DNA of 63,554 bases, counting the filler, from Octopus bimaculoides (taxonomy: Eukaryota), in NCBI RefSeq assembly GCF_001194135.2. It is 4 parts of 4 records of this genome, joined end to end, with 100 filler letters (N's around TTAATTAATTAA, not from the genome) between each part and the next. Parts side by side here need not be neighbours in the genome. Positions count along the whole stretch, not along the records: positions 61,859 to 63,554 come from NC_068983.1; 3 more parts are not named here. One strand, written 5' to 3'. A model generated the notes under the pieces. It made no database searches, was not told the DNA's origin, and saw only the letters and a list, made by a program, of their open reading frames with translations. The position numbers and the translations under genes were made by a program. Of this stretch, positions 62,135 through 63,554 are shown in pieces (position 1 is the first letter of the stretch; every line of letters starts with the position of its first letter).

Positions 62135-62790
62135 CTTCCATCCATTCCTCTATCCATCTTTTTCACCCATAACTCTTGGAAAGGTTGTGGGTATACAGTC
62201 CTCGGGCATCTCCTCCATAGGTTCCTATCAGTGGCAACTATCATTATACCTTGCGGTTGGATTCTCAAGTGTGTTCAACTGAGACTATGGATATTATCCA
62301 AACATTTCGTTCTTGGTCCACCCTTAGATCTCTTGCCAGTTGGCTCGACTTGACGAATCCGTCTTGCGATTGTTTCTTGCAAGATTCTAATCGTATATCC
62401 ATAGTGCTGAAGGTATGATCCTTTCAATGCCGGAGGGATGAAAGGCAAAGTCGACCTCAGTAGAATTTGAACTCAGAACGTAAAGATGGACGGAATGCTG
62501 CAAAGCATTTTGCTCGGCGTGCTAACGATTATGCTCGCTCACCGCCTTTCACATCTAGAAATATTACCACAGAATTTACCACAAATTTTTCGTGCTTATC
62601 CCCACCTATAATTATGAATGTTGGGTAATGACCAAAGCAATACGATCGTGAATATACGTGGACAAAATAGGGATACTCTGAAGTATCTCTGGAGTAACGT
62701 TCTTGATAGTTTGCATAGCTCGTGGATCAGAGTGTCTATCTAGGTCGAGTCGCTTCTACTCTGCATCAAGAGGTCACAGATATTCCAATA
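62135..62790. mobile_element. RTE LINE 3' region in two opposite-orientation pieces (62135-62410 -, 62580-62790 +)
   Basis: The minus piece reads QHYGYTIRILQETIARR...GGPRTKCLDNI...DRNLWR plus a (GGAT)-like tail. The plus piece reads YECWVMTKAIRS...KRSQ. Same family as 49170-49690. Confidence 0.75.
62425..62548 (-). mobile_element. SINE family A, 5' half
   Basis: ggatgaaaggcaaagtcgacctcagtagaatttgaactcagaacg...cggcgtgctaacg...ccgcctt. Confidence 0.85.
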
Positions 62791-62819
62791 TAAATCTTAG
62801 CTGTATGGGTATCGCGAAA

Positions 62820-62991
62820 GGCATAGCTAGAGGCTCAGCCTCCGAGTTCTTTTACAGGGCTTAGAAAAACTGAAGGTCCGCTGCAATAAGCGTGTGAAAC
62901 TGACAGAGGAATATGTTGAATAAAATCATAATTAACTGATCCTCCTGTATTTTCTTTTACCTAAAGCCAGGAACTTTTCAGCACCCCTCTT
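62820..62991 (+). mobile_element. Mariner 3' end or MITE with TIR
   Basis: GLEKLKVRCNKRVKLTEEYVE* resembles the mariner C-terminus; ends aaagccaggaacttttcagcacccctct. Confidence 0.7.
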
Positions 62992-63274
62992 ATTAACTAT
63001 TTTTTTCAATAAAAGAAAATATTTTGACAAAATTTATCAATGTTTTAAAATCACAAGTTTTGTTGTCCTGCTCATATTTCTGGATAGGAGTACAATACTT
63101 TATCACATTTCACCATTCAACCCGGAACTGGTTACTTATATCATTAAAGCAAAAACATTTTCATTTGCAAACACTTAAGGACAATAAAAACTTTAACCGG
63201 GAAGTTAAGCCACTAACAGTCATACAATGAACAATAGACTTATAATAAATAAATAATCGTAATAATAATAATGA

Positions 63275-63489
63275 TCCTTTCTACTAATGGCACATGGCCT
63301 GAAATTTTGGGAGAGGGGTTAAGTCGATTACATCGACCCCAGTACTCAACTGATATTAAATTTATCGACCCCGAAAGGATGAAAGGCAAAGTCGACTTCG
63401 GTGGAATTTGAACTCAGAACGTAAAAACGAACGAAATACTACTAAGTATCTCGCTTGGTGTGCTAACGATTCTGCCAGCTCACTGTCTT

Positions 63490-63490
<1 letters not shown>
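63275..63490 (-). mobile_element. SINE family A, full length, within an (AAT)n tract
   Basis: Complete head-core-tail with (taa)n on both sides. Confidence 0.88.

Positions 63491-63554
<64 letters not shown>

Overview
AT-rich, microsatellite-laden animal genomic DNA. The SINE and LINE repertoire looks like octopus to me (inference from recognised repeat types, not a search). The window is not one contiguous locus: three identical 100-bp spacers (44 N + TTAATTAATTAA + 44 N at 26412-26511, 40516-40615, 61759-61858) join four segments. Segment 2 (26512-40515) is strongly CpG-depleted and holds the only host exon I can assign to a family, a USP31/USP43-like deubiquitinase exon (38297-38547, +). 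The rest is mostly transposon debris: tRNA-derived SINEs, RTE, CR1-group, R4-like and HERO-like LINE fragments, Penelope fragments, Tc1/mariner, Helitron, a deleted Gypsy and a possible piggyBac remnant. Nearly all long ORFs in the supplied track are microsatellite or N-gap artefacts. The most notable signal is about 11 minimal type-I hammerhead-ribozyme motifs from several unrelated sequence families. Three pairs sit back-to-back (minus copy left, plus copy right). One pair lies in a circularly permuted ~390-bp unit (retrozyme-like), and one family carries a CUGUUGA core variant in both complete copies. Penelope hammerheads and retrozymes are known classes, so any novelty is at the family or variant level. 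A few unassigned candidate exons are also flagged. Coordinates were read by eye; TE boundaries are approximate (often +/-10-50 bp) and all protein family calls are from motif recognition without database searches.
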